DNA of 64,000 bases from Candidatus Melainabacteria bacterium 17Bon1m (GCA_032128875.1 JAVLKG010000009.1:160001-224000); one strand, 5' to 3'; positions 39,734-50,022 are shown, numbered from the stretch's first letter. Notes: generated by a model from the letters alone, not told the origin. Made by a program: numbers and translations.

Positions 39734-41060
39734 CGTTGGCAAGTTGAGAAATTTCGTAATTTACAAATTTTGTGTTGCGATTGCATTGAGTGTTTTTGCT
39801 ATTGGGATTTTCGAATCTGATACTTCAATAGTGCGTGCAGCGGAAATCACTTCTTCGGAAAATTCAAAAGGTGGAGAACAACAAAAAACTAGAGAACAAC
39901 TAAAACCTGAGGAGCAGCCGAAACCGGCTGATGTAGAGGTTCGCAGCATTAATGAAGCACTGCGCAGCCCTGAGCACTGGCGCGGAGCAGACGGCGCTAT
40001 GTCGCTGGAACTTTCTAAAACGAAGACGTTGTGGTTATTTGGTGATACCTGGATTTATTGTGATATGGGAAAGGGTGGTCAACCAAAGCAGATGGTTAAC
40101 AATTCGGTCGCTGTGCAGAATTCTGATTGCGAGGCAGAATCTGCGGCCGTGGGTTCGTTAGAAAGTATATGTATTGACTCGATGTGCTGGAGTTTTTGGT
40201 GTAAGGGTAATCTTTCTAGACCGGAGAGTATATTCACTGCAAGTGAACCAAACTCATACTACTGGCCAGGCTGCGGCACCGTATATGATGGCAAGCTCTA
40301 TTTACTGTTGAAGAAGATTCGTAGGAAAGAAGATCCTGATCCGCTCTTTCAATTTGATTGGTATGCAGACGATTTGGTGATTGTTTCGAACCCGCAAGAT
40401 CCGCCAAAATCCTGGCATTACAGCATTACTCCAGTTTCTGATGCAGATCACGATGTTCAATTTGGATTGGCCTGTACGAAAGACAAGGAGTATTTTTACT
40501 CACTTTGTTTCTTGCGTGAGTTTCCAAAAACAAAAAAGAAAACGATTCTCTCTAGAATTTCTTGGAGCGATGTTTTAGCAAATAAGACAAATAATTGGCA
40601 ATTCTGGTCGCATACAGACAAGAGCCTGGAAGGAGCTTGGGGAGACGATTTCCGTAAGGCGAAGAACATCATTCCCGACTGCGGACCTGAGGCGAGTTTG
40701 TTCTTTCACAAAGGGTTGAATTGCTTTGTCACTGTTTACCAACCGCCGCTTTCCCCTGAAGTGAAACTGCGAGTTGCAAAAAAGATTGAAGGACCTTGGA
40801 GCGAGTCGCTCAAAATTTTTACTGTCCCCGAGCGCGTATTGAAGAGCGGGAAGACAGCGCTTTCCTACGCGGGCAAAGCGCACGAGAGTTTGTCGAGCGG
40901 AAATACGATTGGATTCAGTTATTGCGAAAACCCGGGTGGGCTCGAAGAACACGCTGACAATCCTGAAGTTTACTTTCCTACCGTTCGGACTTACACGATT
41001 GCACCTGAGAAAGTTCGCGAAATGCTTGATGGGGCTGGGGTTTCGACTCCTAAACCGTAG
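39693..41060 (+). CDS. Secreted DUF4185/DUF5005-like protein (start probably ~39744)
   Basis: Signal peptide; WRGADG, WLFGDTW, NNSVAV, GPWS, YAGKAH motifs. Confidence 0.7.
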   Translation: MGDTNFCTDNLLISVGKLRNFVIYKFCVAIALSVFAIGIFESDTSIVRAAEITSSENSKGGEQQKTREQLKPEEQPKPADVEVRSINEALRSPEHWRGADGAMSLELSKTKTLWLFGDTWIYCDMGKGGQPKQMVNNSVAVQNSDCEAESAAVGSLESICIDSMCWSFWCKGNLSRPESIFTASEPNSYYWPGCGTVYDGKLYLLLKKIRRKEDPDPLFQFDWYADDLVIVSNPQDPPKSWHYSITPVSDADHDVQFGLACTKDKEYFYSLCFLREFPKTKKKTILSRISWSDVLANKTNNWQFWSHTDKSLEGAWGDDFRKAKNIIPDCGPEASLFFHKGLNCFVTVYQPPLSPEVKLRVAKKIEGPWSESLKIFTVPERVLKSGKTALSYAGKAHESLSSGNTIGFSYCENPGGLEEHADNPEVYFPTVRTYTIAPEKVREMLDGAGVSTPKP

Positions 41061-41136
41061 GCAATGTGCGAAAAATCTACAAGTGTTAGACTGAACAGAC
41101 CGAGTTAGTAATTTTTGGCTTGATTCCGAGGTTTCG

Positions 41137-42030
41137 ATGAACAGAATTTTGCTCATTGCTTTGACGTCCCTGGTCTTTAGTGGCGGTACCTTGGCTGCTG
41201 TGGCGGCTGAAGATGTTTCAAAAGAGCCAGCCAAAGGCGCAGCAAAGGATGCAGCGAAAGATCCAGCTGTGAAACAAGACGCCAAGGGAGCAGTGAACGA
41301 CGCAGCGAAAGAGACGGCTAAAGAGACGACAAAAGAAACGGCTAAAGATGCAACTGCGAAGCCAGCGTCTGTGAATACAGACTCGAAGAACAGCATGCTC
41401 ATTGAAGAAGAGCCGCTGGCGAAGGTTGAACCGGACACTGCCGCAATCGAAAAGAAGATTCCATTGATTGAGGAATTGATTGCTCGTACTCCTAAAGACG
41501 ACAAGCTATATCAGGAGCTCGGCGAGTGCTATGCCAAGCTTGGAAAGGATGACAAAGCAGTCGAAAGCTACGACAAGGCGATTGAGCTGAATCCTAATTT
41601 TCAGGAGACGTACAGGCTGAGAGGGTTGTCGCTGGCGAAAACCAATCGCATCGCGGATGCCGTCGCCGACTACACACAAGCTATAAAGTTGGGACCTCCC
41701 ACTTATGAACTCTATGTTCGTCGTGCTGCTGGTAAAGGCTTGCTGGGCGACCACCAGGCGGCGATCGATGATGCGACTGAAGCGCTTAAATTGAAGCCGA
41801 ACAGCGTCGAGGGCTTGGTTGTTCTAGCCAATCACGAAGCCGCGATAGGCAAGCTGAAGGACGCTTTGGCGAACTTGAATAAAGTTCTTGAGTTGGACAT
41901 GAAGAAGGGTGATGCTTACTTGCTGCGTGGATTTGTGAATAAGTCTCTGGGCAATCTAAAGGCCAGCGAAGAAGACTTGAAGATGGCTGCGGAGCTGGGC
42001 GTTAAGGTTCCTGAGACCACTACCAAGTAG
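41137..42030 (+). CDS. Secreted TPR protein
   Basis: Signal peptide, K/D/A-rich linker, about 5 TPRs. Confidence 0.9.
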   Translation: MNRILLIALTSLVFSGGTLAAVAAEDVSKEPAKGAAKDAAKDPAVKQDAKGAVNDAAKETAKETTKETAKDATAKPASVNTDSKNSMLIEEEPLAKVEPDTAAIEKKIPLIEELIARTPKDDKLYQELGECYAKLGKDDKAVESYDKAIELNPNFQETYRLRGLSLAKTNRIADAVADYTQAIKLGPPTYELYVRRAAGKGLLGDHQAAIDDATEALKLKPNSVEGLVVLANHEAAIGKLKDALANLNKVLELDMKKGDAYLLRGFVNKSLGNLKASEEDLKMAAELGVKVPETTTK

Positions 42031-42046
42031 TGTTGCGGCTCTGAGG

Positions 42047-42150
42047 AGCGTGGGGGCGCGTTGCACGCGCCCGTTTTTGAATAGCGTGGGGGCGCGTTGC
42101 ACGCGCCCGTTTTTGAATAGCGTGGGGGCGCGTTGCACGCGCCCGCTTTT
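42047..42150 (+). repeat. Three tandem 36-bp REP-containing units
   Basis: agcgtgggggcgcgttgcacgcgcccgtttttgaat at 42047 and 42083; third copy at 42119 has a divergent tail. Confidence 0.95.
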
Positions 42151-42204
42151 ATATAGGTGACGCATCGCTTTGGTCTTCCGAAGCTGGCCTTCCACGCGCT
42201 TTGC

Positions 42205-42228
42205 GGGCGGCATGAATGCCGCCCCTAC
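42205..42228 (-). repeat. REP-like palindrome
   Basis: gggcggcatgaatgccgcccCTAC. Confidence 0.8.
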
Positions 42229-42466
42229 GGTTCTTATGCAAGTAGAAACCTCTAAAACAGGCAAGTTAACGGTGTTATGTTCAACACCTGTTGAATTGAA
42301 CAGTGACGGGCGATGTCTGCCGGGCTTACATTGAGAGCTCCCCAACATTAAATCGGAACTTTACCCAGGAACACCAAAAACCGAAGCTGAGTCAGCAGAT
42401 TAAGTCAACGATGTTAGACTGTGGCAATGTTCTTGGTGGTGTAACCGATAAATTCTGGAGGTGTCG

Positions 42467-43168
42467 ATGAAGGCACTCGCTCTTGCAGCCGCGGTCTCGC
42501 TAACGTTTTCGCTTGCGGCTTTTGCACAGGATTCAAAACTGTCACTTAAACCTAACGGCGGCGCAAAACAGCCCGCTGAAGCCGCCGCAAACATCGACGT
42601 CGTCGCGATTCAAAAGAAGATCGATGAATTTTCGGAGGCGATAAAACGCGATCCGAGGAACGAAAAGCTTTTCGCTGCTAGGGGCCAAGCCTTTATAAGG
42701 CTCGGACAGTATGAGAAAGCGATAGATGATCTTACATTTGCTGTTAACGCCAATCCGAGACGGCAAGCTTATTTTGCAGTGCGTGGAGATGCGTTTGCCA
42801 AGGCGAAACACTACAGAAACGCATTCGATGACTACGCAAAGGCGCTAGAGATTGGTCCACCTTCCGATTACTTGTATGCACATCAAGCAAGTTCTGCGGT
42901 TTTGATGTCCGAATATGCCTTGGCTGAGAAAGCAGCGAAAGCTGCTTTAAATTTGAATCCTCGCGACATAAGTACACTTGCGCTTCTAGGCGGAGTAGAG
43001 CGAGGGTTAGGAAAGTATTCTGAATCACTTAAAACGCTGAATAAAGCAATCGAACTTGCGCCTCTCGAACCCTCTCTCCTAAAGCTTCGCGCCGATACTT
43101 ACATGAAGCTAGGGAGAAGCGATTTAGCAAAGAAAGACTTGGACGCCTCAAATCTGCGTCGTCCGTAA
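42467..43168 (+). CDS. Secreted TPR protein
   Basis: GGAGG RBS, signal peptide ending AFA-Q, TPR repeats. Confidence 0.9.
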   Translation: MKALALAAAVSLTFSLAAFAQDSKLSLKPNGGAKQPAEAAANIDVVAIQKKIDEFSEAIKRDPRNEKLFAARGQAFIRLGQYEKAIDDLTFAVNANPRRQAYFAVRGDAFAKAKHYRNAFDDYAKALEIGPPSDYLYAHQASSAVLMSEYALAEKAAKAALNLNPRDISTLALLGGVERGLGKYSESLKTLNKAIELAPLEPSLLKLRADTYMKLGRSDLAKKDLDASNLRRP

Positions 43169-43242
43169 GTAGTTAGAGATGCGAAGATATTGAGAAAACC
43201 ATAAAGGGAATAGTCTAAGGGTACTTCCTCTGAAGTGTAAAT

Positions 43243-46200
43243 ATGAATCTCCATTCGTCAGGTACGCCGAAACCAGAACCCGAAAAGGTTCAACCTAAGG
43301 ATTCTGCCGCTGCTGACTCAGGGCAAGTTGCGGACCCCGCAAAATTGAGGCAAGGCGGAGTATTCGATTCGCCAGTCCAACAATCTGGAGAAGTGCAAAC
43401 GGCAGTTAATATGACGGCAGGGGGTAATTTTTCCGCTGATTTAGGGGCGGAAGTTTACACAAGTGCTCCGGCAAAGAGTAAGTTGGAGAAACCAGGTTCC
43501 GTTATGGAAGGAACACCGATTGTTAGCCCTGTTAACGTTAGTCGAAGTAATGCTACAGCAAAACAATTGCCTGAAACTAATGCATTAGGAGGACCACAGG
43601 CAGTTAAGGAAGCACCTGGGAAGGTAGTTGTGCCTCCTATAATCGATGGCGCCGGTGCAACGACTCAGAAAATTGGCGCCCAGGGTGGAGAGGTTATAGC
43701 TCCCACATCGAACAAGGCTACTGAAGTTAAAACTGGTGCCTCTGCCGATACAGGTATTACTGCCAGACCTGTTTCGGCTCAGCCTGAACAGTCCTTACCC
43801 CAGAATAGGGGCACGCTCAGCAGTCCAGGAGAAAAGCTAACTTCCGGAGAAAAAACGACTTCTGGCGATAAAGTGGCTGGGGGAGATAGAGCCATCACCA
43901 GCGACAATTCGGGAGCTCGCAAAATTGAACCGCCCGCCTCCACTGTAGGGGCGCCATTAATGGCGCCCGCGCGCAACGGCGAGATGCCCGCTGGAACACA
44001 AAGTCGTCCCGCGGTATTGTCCGATGGCACCGCAGGTAATGTCGCAAATACAGGTGTCAAAGCAGAGCTGCATCCAGGCGCGAAACCCGTTCAAGACGGT
44101 ACTACGGCTCTGCCCTCTGGTCAGCAGAAGGTAGAAGCCAAACTCGACGGCGGTTCCGTGATTCAACCTGGCGGTGCTCAACCGAAAGTCGAATCTGCAA
44201 GACTTGAAACACCGAAACTCGAAACTACCAAACTCGAACAGCCAAGACTTGATTCACAGAACCCTGGTCAAGGAAAGTTAGAGCCAGCCAAAGGAAGCGA
44301 TGTTTTTAGCACTCAAAGCTCGACAGCAGCAGCCAACAGGCAAGATGGATTCAAACCTGCCGACGGCAGAGTTGATGGTGTAAGACCGGCAGATCAAGCT
44401 GGTTCTCGTGATGGTTCGACAATGCGCGATCCTAAGTCCGCCGGCGTTGCAAATGAAGTGTTTGGTCAAAAGGCAGAGCCTGGTGCAAGAGGCGATTCAC
44501 AACCCGGTGGATTCAAGCCTGATGGAAATGCAGCAGGTCAGAAAGCAGACCAAATCACGCGCGGCATTGAAAATCGCATAAACGAAGGTGCTAAACAACC
44601 AGGCACTACTGATGGTGCCACTGGTGGAACGCGTCAACCGCTTGCAGAAACTGGTGGTAAATCGCCAGGCATCACAGATGGTGCGCAACTAGGAGCGAAG
44701 CAAACAGGACTTTCAGACAACATTGGAAGCAGTGGCTCAGGAAAACAACCAGGCGCCGAGGGGGCATCCACAGCTACCAGCTCAAACATTCGGCAGCCTC
44801 TGTCGGACGGCGGCGACAAAGGTTCGAGCGGAGGCGGCAGCAGCGTTGCCGAGTCTACTAAGCGTGTCGACCTAGGAATGCCGCAGGGAGGTAAGTCCGA
44901 TGGGCAACCCGGCTCAAGCGGAATGGGGGGCGGCAGCTCCGCCTCTATCGACCGTGCCCCTCACGCCCCCTTCAGAGTCGAAGACGCTCAACCTGGTGGC
45001 GCCAAGGGCGATATTGCAGCAGGCGGCAAAGGCGAAGCAGTCGTTGGCGGAAAGGGAAATCTTGGCGGCGAAGGTCCAAGATTTGATTCGGGAGAGACAC
45101 GCGGAGGCCACCAACCTGGGGCTCGTTTTGATTCAGGCGAGATCCGCGGAACCCAACAAAGCACGAGATTTGACACTGGCGAGGTGAAGGACGGGCGCGG
45201 AGTTATTCCTGCAGGCGGTAAGTCGGGCGATGTCGGTGGCGGAGCGACCGGACCTGATTCTGGAATCGTAAAAGGGACGGATGTTTCCGGTACTAAGACG
45301 TCGGGGGGTGGAGCTGGCAGTGGTGGGTCAGGGGGCTCTGGAGGGGCTGAAGGTGGACTTCTTGGCGACAAACGCCAACCCTCGATGTTTCCTGAGACCA
45401 CGGTCAATCAAGGGGGCAAACCCGGAAAACCAGGCGACGGCATCGGGCACGCGGGCGGCGACGATTCGGTTCCTTTCATTTTGCCTGGAGCATTCAGCGG
45501 AAAGGACGGTGGGCGTCGGCAAAGCGACCAAATCTTTGGCGATAAGACCAAAGGCGATTCAATAGGCGGCAAGGCCGAATCCGGTGCCAAGACAGAATCA
45601 ACAGGCAAGGCCGATTCGACCGGCAAACCGGAACCAGGCGCCACGGCTGGAAAATTCGATTCTGGCTCGATGATCGCGAAGTTCGACGCACTAGTAAGCG
45701 GCAGACCTGATCCAACTGTTGCAAGCGCCAAAGGCGAGTCAAGTGTCGTCGGCGCCAAAGGCGACCCTAGTGCATCTAGCACCAAAGGCGACTCTAGTGC
45801 ATCTAGCACCAAAGGCGAAGCTGTTTCCGCTAATTCAAAAGACAAAGGCACGAAAGCTGACGCAGGAATATCTGCTGCAATGGCTGGACAAGTTGGTACT
45901 GGAGCGGCAGAAGTTGGAAGCGTCTTGAAGAATTTCGCGCAATCAGTTTTGTCGGATGGAAAGTCCGGGCAAGGCAACGACGGAAAAGTCGCACAAGGGA
46001 GCGATGCAAAAAACGTGCAAGGCGCCGACGGAAAGACTGTTGTGTCCACTGATTTTAGGGACAGCAAAAATTCCGGAAAAGCGCAGTCTGGAAGCGAAAT
46101 ACCCGGTAAGGAAACGCCGAATGCGCGCCAAGATTTCGCTGGACCTGGTCAGAAAACGCGTATTCTCGATCAGACGTCAGGCACTTCTGATACCAAAGTG

Positions 46201-46737
46201 ATTGGTGATATTGTCGGTCCACGCGCTGTGGGACCAGGCGCGATTCCTGCAGACGCTGCGAAGAGGTCAGAACTCGTTGCTGGTTCTGGAATTGCTGACG
46301 GGAATTTGCCTGGTGGCGCAGGCGGTGACGACGTCGGAAAGATTTCGACTGATGATTTCAATTTGCCGGAAGTAAATTTACTTGGTGAATCAGACGAGTC
46401 GGAAAACATAGAAGAAATTGAAGAGGTAGAAGAATCAGAAGAAGCGAAACGTGAAGACGAAATGCACTATGAGCTAGCGCTTGGACTGCAGCTTTATACT
46501 TCGATTGCAGAAGCTCCCTATGGCGCCTATCACTATTTCACGAAAGACGGCGACACCGTAGAGAGTGTGTCACGTGAGGTCGTCGGTGATGCGAGAACTG
46601 CTCCGCTCGTTTTCTCTCTCAACAAAGATCATATTCTTGCCAGCACCGAATATGGTGTGCACCCGTTCAAGGTAGGTGTGATGGTACAATTGCCTACACC
46701 GCGTGATCTCAAGAATTTCTTCGGCAGTCAGACTTAG
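43243..46737 (+). CDS. Large Gly/Ser/Pro-rich disordered protein with C-terminal LysM-like domain
   Basis: About 1050 aa of low complexity; C-terminus YFTKDGDTVESVSREVVGD...FSLN...KVGVMVQLP. Confidence 0.75.
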   Translation: MNLHSSGTPKPEPEKVQPKDSAAADSGQVADPAKLRQGGVFDSPVQQSGEVQTAVNMTAGGNFSADLGAEVYTSAPAKSKLEKPGSVMEGTPIVSPVNVSRSNATAKQLPETNALGGPQAVKEAPGKVVVPPIIDGAGATTQKIGAQGGEVIAPTSNKATEVKTGASADTGITARPVSAQPEQSLPQNRGTLSSPGEKLTSGEKTTSGDKVAGGDRAITSDNSGARKIEPPASTVGAPLMAPARNGEMPAGTQSRPAVLSDGTAGNVANTGVKAELHPGAKPVQDGTTALPSGQQKVEAKLDGGSVIQPGGAQPKVESARLETPKLETTKLEQPRLDSQNPGQGKLEPAKGSDVFSTQSSTAAANRQDGFKPADGRVDGVRPADQAGSRDGSTMRDPKSAGVANEVFGQKAEPGARGDSQPGGFKPDGNAAGQKADQITRGIENRINEGAKQPGTTDGATGGTRQPLAETGGKSPGITDGAQLGAKQTGLSDNIGSSGSGKQPGAEGASTATSSNIRQPLSDGGDKGSSGGGSSVAESTKRVDLGMPQGGKSDGQPGSSGMGGGSSASIDRAPHAPFRVEDAQPGGAKGDIAAGGKGEAVVGGKGNLGGEGPRFDSGETRGGHQPGARFDSGEIRGTQQSTRFDTGEVKDGRGVIPAGGKSGDVGGGATGPDSGIVKGTDVSGTKTSGGGAGSGGSGGSGGAEGGLLGDKRQPSMFPETTVNQGGKPGKPGDGIGHAGGDDSVPFILPGAFSGKDGGRRQSDQIFGDKTKGDSIGGKAESGAKTESTGKADSTGKPEPGATAGKFDSGSMIAKFDALVSGRPDPTVASAKGESSVVGAKGDPSASSTKGDSSASSTKGEAVSANSKDKGTKADAGISAAMAGQVGTGAAEVGSVLKNFAQSVLSDGKSGQGNDGKVAQGSDAKNVQGADGKTVVSTDFRDSKNSGKAQSGSEIPGKETPNARQDFAGPGQKTRILDQTSGTSDTKVIGDIVGPRAVGPGAIPADAAKRSELVAGSGIADGNLPGGAGGDDVGKISTDDFNLPEVNLLGESDESENIEEIEEVEESEEAKREDEMHYELALGLQLYTSIAEAPYGAYHYFTKDGDTVESVSREVVGDARTAPLVFSLNKDHILASTEYGVHPFKVGVMVQLPTPRDLKNFFGSQT
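45725..45818 (+). repeat. About 3.5 tandem 27-bp units (KGxxSxxx[AT])
   Basis: gcaccaaaggcgactctagtgcatcta-type units, in frame. Confidence 0.8.
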
Positions 46738-46751
46738 AGCCAGCATCAACC

Positions 46752-47204
46752 GTGTCCAATGTGAATATTCGTTTGGCAACACCTGCTGATGCGGAAGCAT
46801 TGGTGCAATTGATTACCGAACACGCGAGATTCGAAAAGGAAGAATACAGTCCCGAAGGCAAGCTGGAAAAAATCCGTGCCTGCTTGGCTGCTGATCCGCC
46901 GCCCTACACGTGCTTGGTCGTCGAGACGGAAGATGGCGTCCAGGGCTACTGCACGTACATGAGCCAGTATGACAGTTGGTATGGCGAGTCACATATGAGT
47001 GTCGATGCTCTTTACTTGCGCGAGAGTTTGCGCGGCGCTTCAATCGGCAAGGCTTTGATGGAAAGGGTCATGGGAGACGCCAAACAACTCGGTTACTCAT
47101 CAGTTCGTCTAATGACGCCATCTGACAACACAGGCGCTATTAAGTTCTATGAAAAGCTAGGCGGGCAGCCGGCTTCCAAACTTTGGTTTTGGTTTCAACT
47201 CTAA
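46752..47204 (+). CDS. GNAT N-acetyltransferase
   Basis: IRLATPAD, LYLRESLRGASIGKALM, NTGAIKFYEKLG. Confidence 0.92.
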   Translation: MSNVNIRLATPADAEALVQLITEHARFEKEEYSPEGKLEKIRACLAADPPPYTCLVVETEDGVQGYCTYMSQYDSWYGESHMSVDALYLRESLRGASIGKALMERVMGDAKQLGYSSVRLMTPSDNTGAIKFYEKLGGQPASKLWFWFQL

Positions 47205-47264
47205 GTCTTCGTGCGCCGCTTCTAAAAAGCTGCTATAAAAAACAGCGGAAACTTGGAGATTTAA

Positions 47265-48491
47265 ATGAAAACTGTTTCTTTCACAACAGCGCTCGTTTGC
47301 GCATCCATTGCCACCAGTGCAATTTTGATGCCTTCGATTGCACAGAAGTCCGGCTCGGACACGCCAGCTGGCAAGAAGGCAGGGGGCGAGTCCGCAGCGC
47401 CGAAAAGCATTGCAAAAAGCACTCAAGACCCGAAAGGTTCAACCACCCAGAAGAGTGTCACTAACATTCCCTCGAAAGGTTTCAGCGGCGAACTTACCGA
47501 AATGGCGAAGTCCAATTATCAATGGACGGGAGTCGCCGTCTCCAAAAAGAATCGTGTTTTTGTTTGCTACCCACGCTGGTCGAACATTGGTCCTGTCTCT
47601 GCCGGTGAGTTGTTGCCGGACGGCTCTGTGAGCGCGTTTCCCGACAAGAAGTGGAACGAATGGATTCAGGGTGCAAAGGTAACTGGTGAGGAATTTGTTT
47701 GCGTGCAGTCTGTGTATTGCGACAGCAGTGGCGCACTTTGGATTCTCGATCCTGCAGCACCAAAGTTTCATGGACCGATTACAAACGGGCCCAAGCTTGT
47801 AAAAGTGAATTTGGGAAACAATCATGTGGAGAAGGTTTACCCACTTGAGACGGTTGCCCCTAAAGACTCATATCTCAATGACGTTCGCGTCGACACCCGC
47901 CGCCAAGTTGCCTACATGACTGATTCAGGGCTGGGTGCGATTGTGGTACTCGATTTGCGCACTGGAAACGCACGCAGAGTTTTGGACACTAGCCCCTCTG
48001 TGAAAGCGGAAGATATCAAAATCATGATCGGTGATAAGCGCTGGGGCGTAATGCCCGATGGCTCCGTGCGCAAAGTTCATTCTGACGGAATCGCGTTAGA
48101 TAAGTCTGGTGATTACCTCTACTATCAGGCTCTCACTGGCAAAACTCTGTACCGCATTGCTACAAAAGACCTGCGCAATGAAAAACTCGCCGCAAAGGAT
48201 CTGAATACCAAAGTTGAGAAGGTCGCGACAACGTGTGTTGCTGATGGTATTGAATTTGGTGCCGATGGAACTCTGTACCTTACATCGCTTGAAGATAGTT
48301 CAATCAAATCGTTGAATGTTTCTGCTGCAAACAAAGAAGTTAAGACAGTAGTGAAAGACAAGCAGCTGATTTGGCCAGACTCGCTCGCTATGCGAGGTGA
48401 TGGGCACATCTACGTCACTGCATCACAAATCAATATGGGAGCGAAGGCGCCCACACCGTACAAAATATTTCGATTCAAACCGAAAAAGTGA
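47265..48491 (+). CDS. Major royal jelly/yellow-family secreted beta-propeller
   Basis: TGVAVS, YPRW, CVQSV, LWILD, YLNDVRVD, DGIAL, WPDS. Confidence 0.88.
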   Translation: MKTVSFTTALVCASIATSAILMPSIAQKSGSDTPAGKKAGGESAAPKSIAKSTQDPKGSTTQKSVTNIPSKGFSGELTEMAKSNYQWTGVAVSKKNRVFVCYPRWSNIGPVSAGELLPDGSVSAFPDKKWNEWIQGAKVTGEEFVCVQSVYCDSSGALWILDPAAPKFHGPITNGPKLVKVNLGNNHVEKVYPLETVAPKDSYLNDVRVDTRRQVAYMTDSGLGAIVVLDLRTGNARRVLDTSPSVKAEDIKIMIGDKRWGVMPDGSVRKVHSDGIALDKSGDYLYYQALTGKTLYRIATKDLRNEKLAAKDLNTKVEKVATTCVADGIEFGADGTLYLTSLEDSSIKSLNVSAANKEVKTVVKDKQLIWPDSLAMRGDGHIYVTASQINMGAKAPTPYKIFRFKPKK

Positions 48492-48514
48492 ACTGCCGTA
48501 TTTAAGCGAATTAT

Positions 48515-49063
48515 CTACTTAATCGTTCCGCTTGATGCAGTTGTCTTTGCTTCTGCCAATTTCTTCACCTCAGCGAGGCGTTCTTTCACGCCTTTGATTG
48601 TCTGAGTGTTTGTAAGTTGGCGCAGAAAAGGCACTGGCAGGTCGAGCAGCACGAACGATTGCAGCGAAACATCGGTGGCTTTCTCGCCCGGCAATTCGCT
48701 GAGCTCCCACTTTCCTTCAAAAGCTTTGAACTTGTCTGAGTTCACCATCTTGTACGCGACTTCTTTGTCGTGGGTGTATTTCTCGACGTATGTGCACTTT
48801 GCAGTTTTCACAATCGGTAAATCAGTGAAATGCTCTTCGAGCGTGGCCTCATGATCTGACGATTTGAGCTCTTTGACATGTGAGCCTGGCTTGTAGCGTA
48901 GTTCTCTGATGCATTCGTAGACAACGCTCGGTTCGGCGTTCACTTTTATGTGATCTGTGACGCCAGGAAATTTATCGCATTTTGCCATTGCACTTTGCGG
49001 CGCTGCGATTACAGCCGACATTATCGCGCCAACTGCCAACGACGTGAGGATTCCCCTTTGCAT
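48515..49063 (-). CDS. Secreted SRPBCC/START-like protein
   Basis: Signal peptide; IKVNAEPSVVYE and FKAFEGKWEL motifs. Confidence 0.7.
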   Translation of the reverse strand: MQRGILTSLAVGAIMSAVIAAPQSAMAKCDKFPGVTDHIKVNAEPSVVYECIRELRYKPGSHVKELKSSDHEATLEEHFTDLPIVKTAKCTYVEKYTHDKEVAYKMVNSDKFKAFEGKWELSELPGEKATDVSLQSFVLLDLPVPFLRQLTNTQTIKGVKERLAEVKKLAEAKTTASSGTIK

Positions 49064-49303
49064 TTGCTCTGCTCCTGAATCAAAACGAGAGGGCGAGTCT
49101 ACAACGTCTTAAACGTACTTGCCAGGTGGAAAATTTGAGCAGATATACACCGATTCGCTTGACAGCCGGCTGAAAGTAAAGTGGTAGCGTGGAAGTTAAA
49201 CCGTTATCGGTTAAACTTCTGCTCTTTAAATTTGCTTGCGAATTGATGTCAAGCGTGTGCGTGCCTTACCAATGTGATTTTGCAGACGAAGTGAGGCGAT
49301 GCG

Positions 49304-49891
49304 TCAATTTGCAGGTCTAATTTCCGCCGCCTTCTGTTCTGCCAGCTCAGCACTGTCTTTCTCGCCTAGCGCGCGCAAAAGTTTTGCTGTAATCAAATAA
49401 GAATCTGCCACCTGTGGACTCTTTTGACCAAATCGGTTTTCTTTTAGTGACACGACTTTGTCGTAAAACTCCAGTATCTGTGCAGTTCCGGCGCCGAATG
49501 TGTTGTGGGTCATTGCGAAGTCAATGTCTACTAGCGCGCAGTCGTCGCCTGTTTTCAGCTGTTTTAACCAGAGCTCGACCAGCTTATCGCGCATGTCCTT
49601 GGCGCCGGCGTAGTTTCCGCTTTTTTCGTATATCTCTGACAGATGAATAAAGCAGGTAGCCAGTTTTGCGTCGTCGCGACTGCCGGGGTACTGTAGCAAC
49701 TGCATTGCTCTCTCATAGTTCTGTTGAGCGTCCGCCCAATTTCCTGCATGTTGCTGCAGCAGTGCAGAGCTAAGCAGCCCTTCTATCTCGACTTTGTAGT
49801 CTGTCTTGCCACCCGAGCGCATCACCATGAGAGCGATTATGGTTGCGCCAACGGCGACGGCAGCAATGATGAGTTGGGTAATGTCAGGCAT
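49304..49891 (-). CDS. Membrane-anchored TPR-like protein
   Basis: N-terminal TM followed by kinesin-light-chain-type TPR helices. Confidence 0.75.
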   Translation of the reverse strand: MPDITQLIIAAVAVGATIIALMVMRSGGKTDYKVEIEGLLSSALLQQHAGNWADAQQNYERAMQLLQYPGSRDDAKLATCFIHLSEIYEKSGNYAGAKDMRDKLVELWLKQLKTGDDCALVDIDFAMTHNTFGAGTAQILEFYDKVVSLKENRFGQKSPQVADSYLITAKLLRALGEKDSAELAEQKAAEIRPAN

Positions 49892-50022
49892 TGGAAAAAG
49901 GCTGTCGTTTGACGCTGCTTATTTTACAATTATGGTCTGGTTGCGGGGCGCCGATGTTCAACGCTCGCAACAATCAAATGTTGGGGTCCTGTTACCGCCC
50001 CGTATACAAGCTTTGAGTAGAT

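Noticed and set aside
42047..42150. Possible CRISPR array
   Set aside because: Units are directly tandem with no unique spacers, there are no cas genes, and the same unit is dispersed elsewhere as a REP.
41956..42348. 130-aa ORF with GRVQRAPTLFKN repeats
   Set aside because: It is a translation of the tandem REP units.
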